A stretch of DNA of 32,000 bases, taken from positions 1 to 32,000 of the forward strand of contig PQAM01000019.1 in assembly GCA_003104975.1 (NCBI GenBank), given 5' to 3'. Position 1 is the first letter of the stretch; each line of letters begins with the position of its first letter. A program made the position numbers and the translations under genes. The notes under the pieces are model-generated. The model had not been told where the DNA came from. It worked only from the letters and a program-made list of their open reading frames with translations, and did not search any database. Origin of the DNA: Candidatus Methylomirabilota bacterium (GTDB taxonomy: Bacteria > Methylomirabilota > Methylomirabilia > Methylomirabilales > Methylomirabilaceae). Below, in pieces: positions 31,944 through 32,000 of this stretch.

Positions 31944-32000
31944 TCGAGGTTGCACGTGAAGGACGGACCGCCAGGATGAGCCTGAAAATAGCTCATCCCG

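Noticed and set aside
31976-32000. Possible start of the next gene after nirS (ATG 31976, MSLKIAHP...)
   Set aside because: Only 8 codons are visible before the window ends. I cannot support a call, even though nirS accessory genes might be expected here.
1-32000. CRISPR arrays, IS elements, integrases, prophage or genomic-island boundaries
   Set aside because: No regularly spaced repeat-spacer array was seen. No transposase/integrase-like ORF, terminal inverted repeats or tRNA-flanked junctions were found. The only large duplication is the tandem nod pair.

Overview
GC-rich bacterial chromosomal window. All calls come from reading the sequence and ORF track and recognising motifs; no database search was run. 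The gene content matches what I recall for nitrite-dependent methanotrophs of the NC10 phylum ('Candidatus Methylomirabilis'). Plus strand: (1) pmoC-pmoA-pmoB (particulate methane monooxygenase), followed by an untracked 27-codon hydrophobic mini-ORF, a 16-bp hairpin, and a His/Met-rich membrane-anchored periplasmic protein; (2) a PAS-LuxR one-component regulator; (3) two tandem ~810-aa qNor-like haem-copper oxidase paralogues; (4) cytochrome cd1 nitrite reductase nirS at the right end. Minus strand: ftsH, a GYD-domain gene, a porin with an N-terminal coiled coil, and a mostly housekeeping block (mtnA, slt, coaBC, udg, four secreted or unknown proteins, priA, a methyltransferase, CN-hydrolase plus nadE). 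Main hypothesis: both qNor-like proteins keep the NOR fold and haem ligands. They replace the second His of the conserved His-His metal-ligand pair with Asn (SHNFYW) and a conserved helix-VIII Glu with Gln (STMQVLPL), and they show no obvious quinol-site His. Next to NirS (NO producer) and pMMO (O2 consumer), this fits a putative NO dismutase (2 NO -> N2 + O2) that supplies internal oxygen for methane oxidation. Secondary observations: a gene-conversion mosaic between the two paralogues, a repeated element upstream of both, a Cys-rich PAS regulator, possible extra pMMO-associated proteins, G-quadruplex-prone repeats flanking slt, and recurrent CTTGACA -35 boxes with long leaders. I saw no CRISPR array, tRNA/rRNA gene, or transposase/integrase.
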